Shown: positions 12,224-24,915, numbered from the stretch's first letter. The stretch is 64,000 nucleotides of DNA from Marsupella aquatica (GCA_973895155.1 OZ316892.1:22297168-22361167); one strand, 5' to 3'. The notes: generated by a model from the sequence alone, not told the origin. Made by a program: numbers and translations.

Positions 12224-12661
12224 ATGTCCAATGTGGAGTCACAGTTGATAGGAGAGTTGCCAGAAGACTCACAATTGCCAGAAGACTCACAGTTGCCAGA
12301 AGACTCACAATTACTAGGAGACTCACAGTTGCCAGAAGACCTGATCGCTCCTTACACAACATCAGACATTGGAAATTTCATTTTAGAGAACATAGAAGCA
12401 ATAACCCCTCATTGTGTAAGAGACGTAGAGTTTTGTTGGGTGATTTGTCGTCAAGGTAACCATAAAATACTTGCTGGTCCATTTAGAATATTAAAACCCA
12501 CAGAAAAGACAGGGGAAGAGGAAACTGTTGTGGAATCAAAAGCCAAGGTTTTGTTCACTGTGAAAGCAGACGATATTTATCCTGTCATTTTGTTTGAGCT
12601 ACTTGATTGTATTTGTTCAACCTCTCGTGAGTTGTGTGCACATTTGACATGGCTTCTTTGA
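12224..12661 (+). CDS. Replitron upstream ORF, or frameshifted N-terminus, with 18-bp PEDSQL repeats
   Basis: 145-aa ORF overlapping the Rep ATG by 13 nt, with 4-5 copies of CCAGAAGACTCACA(G/A)TTG. Confidence 0.4.
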   Translation: MSNVESQLIGELPEDSQLPEDSQLPEDSQLLGDSQLPEDLIAPYTTSDIGNFILENIEAITPHCVRDVEFCWVICRQGNHKILAGPFRILKPTEKTGEEETVVESKAKVLFTVKADDIYPVILFELLDCICSTSRELCAHLTWLL

Positions 12662-13725
12662 AACGTAAAGCTTGTGCTATCATCCAAGAAGATGTTTCTT
12701 TAATGGACAGTGTCATGGAACTCAGTATTACAGTGGGATATCTTGGTGCAATTGTGCATACTGAAGAGTTGAGTTTGATGGACACACTAATCCGAGAGCA
12801 CTGTTTATCTGGTCTAGTAGCTCTAGAGAGAGGAGAGTTAGAGCGTCATTTGCACATGCAGATGGTTGTAAGAGCCAGAATCAAATCTGCCAGGTCGTTT
12901 GGTGTCCTTGTTAGGAAATACATGGGTTGGCAGGGTGTGAAGAATATGAATCCTGTAGGTAAAGTGATGTGCAAATCCTTGAGTAATAGACAATTGCATA
13001 CATTCAAAGGAATGATAGGTTATTGTTTGAAAGATATGGGTAAAACTCATTTCTTGCATGCAATGTATAACATTTCTGATGAAGATGTGATTGCAGGAAA
13101 CAGTTGCATTCTATTTATGGGCGAGCTGATCTAAAGTCCAGAGTGACTTTGACTAACAAAAATGTTGCAGAAAGAATGTATGTTTGGTATAAGTATAGGA
13201 CAGATAGACCTTTGTATGCCACATTTCTTTCTACACTAACTGAAATGGTGAAATCTGGGATTTTTATTCCTGCATCTAGTTGGATAATTCCACTAAATGG
13301 ACACGGCATGGAAAAATCCAGAATGACATGTCTTTGGAAATGTATAGTTGACCCATGCAATGTGACTAAGGTTGAAATTGAAGAAGTTTTTGTAAGAAAA
13401 CCTAGGACTGGCAGTTGGGGAAGATATCATACTGATTCTGAATGCAGATGATGAAGAAGCTTCACCAAGGAGTACAAAAACAGAGCTTTCACCCCAAAAG
13501 AGCTGTTTTAAGAGATTGAAGGTGAAAACAGAATCTAATAGAAAGTCTGTAGGCTTTGATGATCTATTTACAGAGTCTGTCATTCTTGGAAAGGGAATAA
13601 CATTTTGTGATCCCCTTGGTGAGTATGTACCTTTGAAAGATAGGCATAGGATTCCCAAGAATGATTATTTGGAGACAATTGACTTGTTGGAACAGCCTAT
13701 TGCAGGGGTGAGGAAAGGGAAATAG
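12649..13725 (+). pseudogene. Replitron HUH transposase, frameshifted near 13105 and 13445
   Basis: Shows LSITV (motif I-like), ALERGELERHLHMQ (HUH) and TFKGMIGYCLKD (catalytic Tyr). It continues in another frame as LHSIYGRADLKSRVTLTNKN...MVKSGIFIPASSWI...MTCLWK, matching the Replitron C-terminal domain pattern. Confidence 0.85.
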
Positions 13726-14489
13726 AAGGTAAGCGATGTGATAGAGATGGTAGATTTGTCCTCTGATGATGAGGAATTAGCTCCAGCTGCTGTCTATGTG
13801 GATAGAGGCCAGAGTAGTCAAATGAGAAAGGAAAGAGTCTCTATGTTTGGAAAATCTCTTTGCAAGGTGAAAAGTGAATTTTTCCACAAGATTTCATAAG
13901 GTATGTTTGTGTTATTTTTGTATGTGTATAAAATGTTCTATTTTTGTTTTTGAAATGGCTGTGATGGCGGGAAGGGTGTAGGGGCTAGTGGGTAAGATAG
14001 GGGGGGTTCTCTGCTTGGAAGGCTGCATCTTGCAGTTTGGGGTTCAATTCTCCATCAGAGATATTTCTGAGTATTTAAGATACAAAATAATGAATTTGCA
14101 AAGGTTACCCAAGAACTCCAATAACTTACTTCCAATGTATAAAAAACTTGTACACATTTACTTTATTTTCCTTTGAATGTCGGCAAAAAAAATTCCGGCA
14201 TTGTTTGTTGGTATTTATGCAGGTATTAATGCAGGTATTATAGCACAAATTAAATTGTTAATTTATTTTATGGCAGTAAAATAAGAAAAGAAACACTAGT
14301 GTTTGTTTTTTACATAGAGGGGTATGGACTTGATCATATGGTCGATTTTTTTTGGAAATACATTACTGCAAGAATATATTAAAAGTTTAATTTGCCCAAA
14401 AAAAATCCAGAATAAAAAAACGTAACGTGGTTGCGCCATAGCAATGTCGGAATTTTCACCATATAGGAGCTTCAAAAATTTCGGGACTA

Positions 14490-14715
14490 AACGAAGGCGT
14501 TAAGTAGGCGGTAAACGCAAGAGTGTCGGGTAAAGGAAGGCATTAAGTAGAAGGTAAACGCAATAGTGGCGGGGCTAAACTAAGCCATTGAGTGCACGGT
14601 AAATACGCAAGAGTGTCGGGTAAAGGAAGGCATTAAGTAGAAGGTAAACGCAATAGTGGCGGGGCTAAACTAAGCCATTGAGTGCACGGTAAATGCAATA
14701 GTGACAGGGTAAAAC
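14490..14715 (+). repeat. ~91-bp tandem duplication upstream of the host gene
   Basis: CGCAAGAGTGTCGGGTAAAGGAAGGCATTAAGTAGAAGGTAAACGCAATAGTGGCGGGGCTAAAC... occurs twice, plus partial copies. Confidence 0.85.
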
Positions 14716-16141
14716 GAGTACACGGCGCGGCCGACTCAACGAATCGATTTGGAAGCAGCGTGACGGAAACGGACCATTGACAGGCGTAGAAGCTACTTCT
14801 TGAGTAGCAGAAGGAGAATGATTGGGGCCGGATGCCAATTGACGCGACAGCATGAATGTTCGGCATCGGTTCGGTCTCTACTGTAGTTTTCAGAATCTCC
14901 GTCCAATTGCGCGTGCTGTGACGTTGGGTGACGGTGGCAGAGACCTTCGGGCCCGATTCGAATCGTAGTGGGTGGTTCAAGTTGAAGGTCTCAACCCTAC
15001 GCTGGAAAGTTGCATCACAGGCCTCACGGAGATCAAAAAGCACATTCGTAACTGCGACTCTATTCCCCTACTCTGAATCGTGACCGCCCATCGATTTTGT
15101 GGACGGTTCAGAATCCGTATGAGTGCTTGCATTTTGTCATCACCCACTGCGGGATGCTGTCCCTGAGGACAACGGTAGCATATATTATTGGTTTCGTGAT
15201 TCCGGCGGCGGGAGTGGGCATGGTGCTGTGCTGGTGGGGGTCGGAAACTGCAAGTTGAGGAAGAAGGGCAATTGGTTCAAGCAAAGCAGAGCCTCAGATC
15301 CTATAAATATTGGTATTCTAATGTTGAGGATGGTGTAGCGATACGCTTGATGAGGAAGGCTCGCGACACGATCATCTCTCCTCGGATGTGGACCGAGTCC
15401 AGCAGACAGGCTCCCATCTCTGTGCCCATGAATTGACAATTTGTATTTGCAGAGGAAGGCGTCCTTTCCACCCCCTCTGGCCTTTGGTCGTGCTGTAGAT
15501 TCTGGCTCTTTCCACTAGTTTGGAAACAAGCTGACATCCAATTTCATTTAATTATCGACTTCAGTCGGGGAAGGGGTCGGACTCTGGGACGGACGCTGAC
15601 TGTAATGGTCCTTCACTAAGTAGCCACTGTGAAATTGCACGTACTCAAGTTATTTCGTCCTGGGACCAACGATTTGGGGATGATCTGGTGTGAACAGGAG
15701 TTGGAATCAGTCTTGGGACACGGTTTATAAGCAGCAAGTAGGTCATAATCAAGTTTGAACGGGAATTGCACTTGGTTTGGGGTCAGAGCAGCGATCAATT
15801 GGACGATGACCCTGATTGGAAAGGAATGCCATGTATTCTGGTGATTTCGTGTTAGTAGGAGTTTCAATTTAGGGGATGACCTGGCACGAATAGGAATGGC
15901 AAGCATCGAAGGAATTGGGATCAGTATGAACAATTTGGTGATTCATAGGTATGAGCAGGAATTGAAAGTATTGTAGTGATTGCGTTCCGGAGCGTACTTG
16001 GATGATGACCACTTATGAACAAACTGAAGCAGCATCGGCGCTATACCCGAGCGGCAAGCTCGAACAATCCATAAGGGGCAATACTTCTACTGTCTAATTA
16101 TCCGAACGAATAGTGGCAGTGAGGACAAACGTGTGAAGGTC

Positions 16142-17404
16142 ATGGGGGAGGTGGGATTTCTGTCATTGGAGAAGCGGGGGCAATACCCGAGACTCAACTT
16201 TGTCAGCAGCTCCACGGCAGGTTTGGAGTTGTCCGAAGAGGAGAAGTGGAGTTTGGCGAAAGCTTTACAGGCCTTAGGGGTGGTAATACTCTATTTCATG
16301 TCCTGGTTTGCTCGGATCCTCTTGGTCTTTATACCCCAGGGAATTCCTTTGTATGGTCTGTCCAATGCTCTCGTTAGCTTCTCGTCCAACACCAGCGGTG
16401 GCCAGGACCAACATTTTAAGTCCAGTGAAAGGGAGCTAGATGAAGTGAATGTGCCCACCAGCGGAGGACCAATTGGGCGAGCACTTCTCCAGGTACTGTC
16501 TCTGGTGAATGATCTTCCCGCCTCTTCCGCAAAATACTCATTTGCGCGATCTCTGGCAGAGAAGATTGTCTTGGAGAACGCAACTCATGGGCATGGCTAT
16601 GAGTGTGTTAACCGTGCTGCCCTCTCAGCAGGCTTTGAAAGAACACTCGTTCTGATGAATCGATCTCTGGAAGGCATCCATCAGCAGAGGAGTACCTCGG
16701 GAGATTTATGGAGATTGCCAGGTAGGTTACTTCGGATGATTCCCGGCGGAGGGTTCAATCTTGTTCTCCCTCCCAGTCTGTCACTCGTAAGGACCCAGCT
16801 TGGCTACTTCATTCCACGGATCGCTAGTTCGACAACCATTTGTAGTAACTCGGGGGATACTTTCACAGGTTCGGCTCTCAGTGCATTTCCTGTCGGGAAC
16901 ATAGAGATGGCAGAAAAGCTAGCACAGGAATTGCTTTGGCTGGCGGAAAAGCTAGCTGAGATTTCGGCTTTGGACGAGGGCATTGCACAATGGAGTTCTT
17001 CCTCATCGCTGGCCTCTATATCTCTGAGGTCATCTCCTCATGTCCAACGAGCTCTTGTTCGGCTCTCTGCTCTCTTTGTGAAAGAGCTTGTTAAGAGAAA
17101 CTATGAGGTAGGTAAGGATGTCGAGTTCAAGTTGCTTTTGCGTTGGCTTCCCCTGTTCTGTGCAGCCACTCATGGTGGTGATGGTCCTATCTTCACCGTC
17201 TCTGAAAGGATGGATTTCGAATATAGTCTTGACAGAGTCGTGAAGGCTCTTCCTGATTCAGATCAAGAAGTAATCTTAGCAATCTGGCTTCAAGAGTTTG
17301 CGTTATCGTCATCTGATTGGCCGAATCTCCAGCCCTGCTACGATTATTGGTGCAACACCACCCGCAAGTTGAGACATTTTGGAAGAAGTCTTGAGACTCT
17401 TTGA
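16142..17404 (+). CDS. Conserved plant protein of unknown function (420 aa), At5g64230/At3g19920-like, C-terminus related to the At3g05675/At3g50780 BTB-associated helical domain
   Basis: Long clean ORF from ATG 16142. Motifs AEKLAQELLWLAEKL, LLRWLPLFC and LPDSDQEVILAIWLQEF...DWPNLQPCYDYWC are recalled from that plant family; family assignment is from memory. Confidence 0.75.
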   Translation: MGEVGFLSLEKRGQYPRLNFVSSSTAGLELSEEEKWSLAKALQALGVVILYFMSWFARILLVFIPQGIPLYGLSNALVSFSSNTSGGQDQHFKSSERELDEVNVPTSGGPIGRALLQVLSLVNDLPASSAKYSFARSLAEKIVLENATHGHGYECVNRAALSAGFERTLVLMNRSLEGIHQQRSTSGDLWRLPGRLLRMIPGGGFNLVLPPSLSLVRTQLGYFIPRIASSTTICSNSGDTFTGSALSAFPVGNIEMAEKLAQELLWLAEKLAEISALDEGIAQWSSSSSLASISLRSSPHVQRALVRLSALFVKELVKRNYEVGKDVEFKLLLRWLPLFCAATHGGDGPIFTVSERMDFEYSLDRVVKALPDSDQEVILAIWLQEFALSSSDWPNLQPCYDYWCNTTRKLRHFGRSLETL

Positions 17405-19739
17405 GTTGGTGAGGTGTGCACGTACATACGTTGACGTTATCTGCAGATTGAAGGGTTTCTACTTTTGGGGAGTAAAGCATTTGCTAGCTCATAATTAAGT
17501 TCAAGTGCCGAAGTGCATTAAAATTCATAAGTGTAAGTTTAGGAGAAGTACTATGACATTGTATATGGTGGTTCCTAGATAGCACAGTAGGGCTCATTGG
17601 ATGCAGTTTCAACACTGTCCCTAATGTTGAAGCTTTGAGCACTGATCGTTGAGATGGCAAGACGCGGGAAAGGGAGCCGGATGCTGGAGCTACAAGCAGA
17701 TCATCCACCACACGAGCAGAGTCAGAGGTAGTCATATCTTGCAACGCCCATGCTTTTTGGGTAGGGACTGGCACTTGCAAGACTGCCAACAAGCTCACAC
17801 CGTCTACAAGTTGCATGAAACCCGGACAGATTTAGCAGATCGCTTTAGGAGACCATGAATTGCACACTCTGGTAAGAATTTCATTGCTAGTGGCCCCTTC
17901 CATTGCCTCCACACTTTGCTGCCTCTGCCTGAGTGTGGAGAAAGTCTTTCCCACAAGAACCAGGCATGTGCTACTAAAATCATTTCAGTCAATGCAAAGG
18001 GCGAGAGAGAACAGCATAGTTTGTAAAGTAGTTTCTAGTTATGCACTTAGGGTAGCGGCTCTTTTCTCTCGTTCTCTAGTTGTTTGCTCTTGAGACAAAG
18101 CTCTCTTGCCTTCCTTTGCTTCATTTATTTATTCATTCATTCATTCACTACTTTCAATGATGGAGGTATGTGTGGTTGATAGAGCTAGGCTTAAGTGCTG
18201 AAGGGAGTGCTCGATCAGTACGTTTTCATTCCAGTCTGATATCATTGAAGCTTATGGGTCAGTGATTCACAAGTGAATAGCCCTAAGAGTTTTGCTACCA
18301 TTGAAGGACAGTTCTTCTACGAAATACCGAGTAAATTTCGCAGTGTTTCGAAAGTTCAATTTCGCAGTGCTAGTGCCTCTAGCACCATCATCATAGTATG
18401 CACTCATCTTGTTAATACACATTTCAACAGTTTTCAATGTTTGGTCCCAGGTTATGCTTACAACCACTAAGATTGCAGACTCTGGGCCTTCGTGTTATGT
18501 TCTCAGTTGTCGGTCCAGACCGGGGAAAATGATTTCTATGCGATTCGTACAAGGAAAGGAGCAATTAATAGTCTGATATTTTTTACAGCAAGTTAGCTGT
18601 GATTGACACTTCCCCAATAACCTGTGACAATATATCTCTTTAGGATCATAAAGTGGGTCAGATTTGTGGTGAATCCGGTTTTAAGCAAGGGAAGCTGTAG
18701 ACTGACTACGACACCACAATCATCGACCCCGAGGTAGAATTACATCTTACTATGACCAATGAATACATAAAACAGTTTTCGATAATGTTACACGTTCCTC
18801 TGCCCGTGGTCCAAGAACATACGATCTTTCTTGAGTACTCTCATTTCCCAGCGCACTATGAAAGAGATGGTTTTGGATTTGTACACTCCCGTGTACACTT
18901 TCCTCTTGCCTGGCTTGAGTAAATACAATTTAATTTCCTTTCTGTTTTGTTAAATCAATCCTCAGAATTGCATCCTCAAGCTAATGTATAAATTATTATA
19001 CATAATTTGACTTCTGGGTTGTAATTTCTGGGTAGCTTTCATTGCAGCCTTCAGTTATCTTTGTGATAGCAAATGTTACCAATTCTGAAGCTTTGGAAGG
19101 CTGACTAGCTATTGACAAGCACCATATTAAGTTTGATTGGAATGCACAATCTCCAGTCAATATCTCTCAGAATAGAATAGCATGTTGGAGAAAGGGACAA
19201 AATGTAGACTTCGCCACAGGACTTTTCTAGGTACCTCAGAATTGGTAAATTTGTACCTGGCATCTAGTACCCCTAGCTTGGGAACACTCGGGAAAGAATT
19301 TTTTTCCCTCCTGGATGGCAATTTGGAGCGGCCGGTTGAAGTCTTCGGGCTACTGTACATTGCAATAATTAATTAACTACAAATTGACACTTTACCCATC
19401 CTAAAGTTCTCCACTACGTACTGGATTCCCGTGCATTCATTTTATTGGATAGGATCATTACAGGCTGCGCATACTCTTTCAATTGACTCACCAAATCTAT
19501 TGACAAATTGGTATTGTCGTTGTTTTGGATGACTGATTGGCCGAACGACGTCAAGTGGTTCTACAGTTCCCTAGTGGACGCGTAATGTCTGCCCCCTCAA
19601 TTACTATATACACCATTAGATGACTGTAATGTGGCCAATCCCTTTCAATTTTGTTCCACTCTACTGTATTCAGGCTTCCAATAATTCCATCTTCAGTGGC
19701 GTCCTTGGGCTTATACTCATCCCGAGATAACATTTTCCG

Positions 19740-22340
19740 CTATCACGGAAAATGTTTCACTGTGTAATTATTCACGCGTAATCACGTACAGTGGTCTCAC
19801 CAAATGAGAAGCGAGCTCGGTTGGACTATTTGAAGGCTGGGCAGAGACTGTCTGAGATATCAGAAGCAATTCGCCTCGAAGCAATTAGATACATTGACTT
19901 CCGCGATACACATTTAATTTCTTTCTTTGAGTATCCTGTTAATTTGATAGTTGCATGGCTTACAACACCCATGAATGAAGCCTGTCCTGGGATGGACTAT
20001 TAATTTGAAACTTCGGAATTTGTCGACGTGCAATATATATGATTTCATTATATGGATACAAACAAATTCGAATCATTGATTCTTCCTGGCTACTGTCTGC
20101 TCATCAGAAAAATAAAAATTCAGCCTCATTAGGAATTGCCGAGTCTCCTCCAGTAACTATACTAACGTAGAAATCATCAGGAAACAGTAACTGGATAAAT
20201 TCGGATGTAAAAAGAATGCGCCTTTATAATAAATTTCTCAGTGAAAACATCTGAGAGAGAAGGCAGTAAACATCCATGATTGTTTTGAATTCAATAATAT
20301 GCCAAGTCTTTCAATTGTGGCCATCTGCAAGTCAGACCACGAGTCAACTCAAGGTCTAATTATATGGAAATGTGAAAGGTACTGTTATGGTCCATGGTGA
20401 AGTCCTTCAATGCGAAAGCCTAGACTCTAAGATCTTATCTGGCACTGAGCCTAGGACGTCCTAGTCGCGAAAGAATACTTTCATTTCTGGATGCATTGCG
20501 ATGTAATGCGTCCGGCAGTAACAGGCTGCAAGAAGTTGTGGAGAAGACGGCTTATAATATCTAGACTGGTGACTCTATTAAAAGCTAAAGCACCGTTCGA
20601 TAAGGTTTTGCTAAAAACAATAAATATCTGGAATGTTGTACGCTAATAGCTGCCCGATCGAGAGAGTAGAGCTTTGGGAAGTGTTCAGATCATAATTACC
20701 CGACATTACCTTCAGAAGCATGTACACGTTGATCCGATGTACATTACCACATTAATTCAGTTAATTTTGTGACAAGCCCTCTAGCTAATGCAATGACTGT
20801 CCTACCTTCAAGATTATATCAATGTATATCTCGCTGTCAATTAGGCCATTAATTTCATATTTGATACTTTTATCCGTCGGGCGTGGTTTTTCGAAGTCAT
20901 GAACCTCTAATTTATTCAAGTGGTCCCATTAAAAAATTTATTCAAGTGGTAGTTAAAGGCGAACTATGTTGGAGGTGAGCTGTGGTCCGTAGGTTTCAGT
21001 AAAAACAATATATGTGAACATGCATGTATCCGCTTGAATCGAAGAAACTCGATCACTTCAACTAATTGCCAGTACAATCGGGAGTAGAATTCGTAGAATC
21101 TAGGTTGGAGATGCGTACGTTTGAGACTTCTTAATTAGCTATGGAGTCAGGATTTCCGGGAATTCTCAGAAAATCACAAGCAAATACATCGGACTTCAAA
21201 CCTAAATATTCAAGGAATAAAGGCGACGTACATGAGGACAGAACAGTGTCAGGCAAGCAGAAATATGTCTGGAGGTCGGATGATGCGTACCTGGTACTAA
21301 CCTTCTGCAATGTGTTTTTTGGTAGCTGTCCAACTTCAAACTAATATGTACCACGTACTCTCAATTTAGAATTCAGTTTGATTAATTTACTCACTTTTCG
21401 AGCGCATTCCTCATTTTGCGATTGCAGTTCTCGCCAATGCTGAGAGGTAAGACTGTCCACTTGGCTTCCTTTAAAACCAGTGATAGACCGTGACACAAAG
21501 TCATTCCCAACTTAGAGTTCATGCTGTGAACTTGCATCCCTTGTATATCGTTCTACCGTGACTAGCCTCCCCCCTGAGAATTAAGAATATGTAAATCGTT
21601 CCAGTCAGTTCATTCAGGAGAACGAAGACCCAAACTTGACCATTTGTTTTTCGTGAGCTCTGCATAACCATCCCTACACCTTTGTCGTCGGCCTTGTCGA
21701 CGTAGCATGGGCTCTCAATTAGCTTCCTTCCTCTTGCTTTCCTCGTGTTCCTCTCCAGCAGTGAAATATTGATAGAGCGAGCAATAACTACCTCAACTGT
21801 ATCGCCAAATCACAGCGAAGTCCATTTTGTGGAGATAGGATTGAATGACGCGAGCTAATCGCCGCATGCCCTCCGATGAAATCCTGATCCAGAAAAGAAA
21901 CTGGAGAAGTCTGTGAATCATATGCAGCAGCTCGGGAAGTACATATTCAACCGGATCTCACCCTAGCTACCAGGCGGCGTCGACTTCCGTCTCTGGATCG
22001 AGGCAAAGAAGCCATCAGTCTCGTTTCTTCTTAAAATTTCCAAGTCCATGGCTGCGAGCGAAAGACGAATTTCCCAGTCTAAGGCTGCGAGCGCAAGATG
22101 AATTTCCCAGCCTATGGCTACGAGCGCAAGATGGACCTTGGCCTGGCCCAAACCGGCTGAATGGATGCTTTTTTCTGTAGCATCGCTGACTAACAGCCAA
22201 CCCGGACTGTGAACATAAAACTTTTCCAACCCTGTCGACGGACTGGAGGACAACACCAGTCAATCCTGGCTGATTGTCTCCCCGGGTCAAAAACGCTGAC
22301 CCCGGTTGCACGAACCTGGTTGCGCGGGTTCAGTCTGTTT
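19740..22340 (+). repeat. Partial copy (U0) of the peptide-cluster segmental unit with the peptide genes deleted
   Basis: 19760-20520 matches 36650-37830 and, in part, 53275-53600. 20566-21270 matches 40427-41280 and 55871-56730. 21590-22340 matches 42110-42900. Confidence 0.85.
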
Positions 22341-23925
22341 TCCTCATTTAAAAAAAATGACAACGTGGTTTAAATAATGTAGGAAGCTTCTCCTCTAGTT
22401 AAGTCTCCCCTTTTATAATGTAAGAATCTTCTCTTCTACAGTAGTAAGTTGTCCCCCCTTTTTTGTGTCTCTTGTCTTTTGATATCCTCTCCCAAATTTG
22501 CTTCTGATTTGACACTCTTTTTTATGGGCGCACAAAAGCTACAGGTTACCCTATATGGAGGATCCAAACTCACAATTTATTTATTTTGTTGGGTGGTTAA
22601 TGCAACAGAAATGTTACCATAATTTTGGTTGGTTATTTTTGTGTGAAAGTGATAGATGCTGTTGGGAATTGGGTTGGGAAGGGCCAGGGTGCGGTAGGGC
22701 ATGGCAAAGCATAAGACGGCCCATGGTGGCTGGGGGGATTGCACTGGCACACAGTGCTAGATACTTGAAGCAAGAACACCTTTCTTTTTCTTCCTCAATC
22801 TCCCTTGCCTTCCCTTCCTCCCTTGCTTTACTCCTGCTGCCCTCCCCGTGCACCTGCCCACTTCCCCCCCCCCACACACACACACACACCTTGGAAAAAC
22901 TTTTATTTGTAGAGTTTTGGGGTGACTGTGATCTATGGTTCAAATTGAGAAATCCCTTGAGATCTACAGATGGGTGTTCTCCAATATAGCAATGATTGAA
23001 AAATAATATTAGTTATATTCCTCTCCACTATATGCTACCTGCACTAGTTGTGCCTCCCCCAAATGTAATAGAGACCCTATATTCCTCACAATACTAATCA
23101 TGTGTGTCAAATAAGCCTCACCCAGATGATTACCTACACATCATGATGGTTTAACTATTGTGGGTTGTTCATCCTAAGCAAGTATAGCTTTTAGGTTATG
23201 TACTTAAAGTTGATCAATTTTGGGTGTACTTTTTAAGGTGCTTGGTTCCTGGAATTCCCCTAGCACCCCCTCTGAATTTACAACAGGCACCCCAAATAAG
23301 GTTTCTAGTTCACTCTTGCACCCTCACACTGAGTCATCCGTAATTATACCTTCTCAGATTTTCTATATAACCATGATGGCACCTTTTTCAGTGGGTCACT
23401 ATGTGTTATCCTCTACAGCTCTCTAGGTAATAAATATAATAAATTCAATCTAAATTACGGGTCTGTCATTGTGTTTTGTTTGCCATTTGCAAACATACAA
23501 TACTTACCGACAGTTAGCAACAGTATGTTTTTGCCCTGTTTCCCCCGGCCCTTTGTTGGGTCTTGTATCTTTTGTTTCCTGTGTCCCAGCTCTTCCCGTG
23601 TTTCCCTTCATTGTGGGGTCATATTTTTTACTCTTTGGTAGTACTATAATATATTTACTTACAACGAACCCACATAAAGACCAATTGAGGTCACCAGTAG
23701 ATTTCTTGCTTCATGTTTTTGTATTATGCCGGCATGCACTCGGCGGCGGCATTATCCTTCCTCTCTCGTTGCCACCACGACCGACCTTGTAACAGACTAC
23801 AGGGTCCACCACTCGGTTTGGCCCTCGATCTGTGGTCCGATTATACCTACGCTGGTCTTACGGATGCCGGTGACCAAGTTGCTGACCATGCCAGGGAGAG
23901 AGCAAGTTCTCACAGAATGATCGAG

Positions 23926-23933
23926 TATATAAA
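23926..23933 (+). promoter_or_regulatory. TATA box of type A array, U1
   Basis: TATATAAA followed ~25-30 nt later by a pyrimidine/CA-rich initiator-like tract; conserved at 46380. Confidence 0.65.
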
Positions 23934-24192
23934 GTACTCCGACCGTTCTCAATATTCAACAGCATTCTTCTACACATTCAGCTAGTCACTAAGTTAGTAA
24001 GTGAAGCTCGATCTCCGAAGGAAAAGCTCACAACATTCAGGATCTACTGTAGAAATTAAAGCAGGTGCTCCATCGCTTGGACCTAGCTGTCGATCAACAT
24101 CGAGTAGAGAATCTCTCTTTTCCTTGTTGTCGCATTCTTGGCACGGCTACCGGCGACGGTACACATTTGCTAGTCATACGTTTGTTGCCGAG

Positions 24193-24267
24193 ATGGATCC
24201 CAACGACATGTTTTATGGCGATGACGATCCAGCGTGGTTGAATGCCACCAACGATGACGACCAATGA
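24193..24267 (+). CDS. Acidic micropeptide A1 MDPNDMFYGDDDPAWLNATNDDDQ
   Basis: ATG in gagATGG context; member of the 14-copy family. Confidence 0.8.
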   Translation: MDPNDMFYGDDDPAWLNATNDDDQ

Positions 24268-24517
24268 ACGCGCAGCCTGCTCCAACTCGATCATTCTGCG
24301 GGGAGCTCAAATTTCATGCGTCGTTGGTACTTACTAGTATGCAACGTTAGCTCACTCATTTGGCTAGAGACAGATCCAGGATCATCCTGAAACAAGATAG
24401 ATTCTAGCTCAATTCCACATTTTTATCAGTTTATCAGTTATCTAGTATCAAAGTTTAGGCTTTGGAATTTTGGCCCGGATTTCGAAAGAAAAATTGGGTT
24501 GTGCCAGTGTGACTGAA

Positions 24518-24589
24518 ATGGATCCCAACGACATGTTCTATGGTGACGACGATCCAGCGTGGTTGAATGCCACCAACGATGACGACTAA
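24518..24589 (+). CDS. Acidic micropeptide A2 MDPNDMFYGDDDPAWLNATNDDD
   Basis: gaaATGG...TAA, with synonymous differences from A1 (TTT/TTC, GGC/GGT, GAT/GAC). Confidence 0.8.
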   Translation: MDPNDMFYGDDDPAWLNATNDDD

Positions 24590-24706
24590 TGAACGCGCAG
24601 CCTTTTCCAACTCGATCCTTCTGCGGGGAAATTGATGCATCCTTCGTACTTACTAGTATCCAACGTTAATTAGCGCAAAGCTAGGTGCTGCCGTAGTGTG
24701 ACTGAA

Positions 24707-24778
24707 ATGGATCCCAACGACATGTTCTATGGTGACGACGATCCAGCGTGGTTGAATGCCACTAACGATGACGACTAA
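24707..24778 (+). CDS. Acidic micropeptide A3 MDPNDMFYGDDDPAWLNATNDDD
   Basis: gaaATGG...TAA; synonymous ACC/ACT change relative to A2. Confidence 0.8.
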   Translation: MDPNDMFYGDDDPAWLNATNDDD

Positions 24779-24915
24779 TGAACGCGCAGCCTTTTCCAAC
24801 TCGATCATTCTGCGGGGAAATTGATGCATCCTTCGTACTTTATCCAACGTTAATTAGACACGTGTGTTAATTAGCGCAAAGCTGGGTGCTGCACTGCTGC
24901 CGTAGTGTCACTGAA

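Larger units (their letters stand above)
9450..14400 (+). mobile_element. Replitron (HUH-endonuclease transposon), degenerate; boundaries approximate
   Basis: Contains the HUH/Y1 Rep ORF. The 5' region is repeat-rich. Candidate short terminal direct repeats are TTATTTTGTCC (~9451) and TTAATTTGCCC (~14387). Confidence 0.65.

Noticed and set aside
24001-24267. 88-aa ORF as a precursor with the peptide at its C-terminus
   Set aside because: It has a GTG start, the extension is not conserved in U2 or other copies, and conservation starts exactly at the MDPN ATG.
24518-24560. TGGATC...GATCCA hairpin or miRNA-precursor explanation of the repeat
   Set aside because: Only a 6-bp stem, lost in subtypes B and C while the amino acids are kept.
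24094-24847. Minus-strand ORFs (..ARSLVVIVGGIQPRWIVV..), also at 46547-47031
   Set aside because: Antisense shadows of the peptide repeats. Starts and ends are inconsistent, and TATA, Kozak context and synonymous pattern all favour the + strand.
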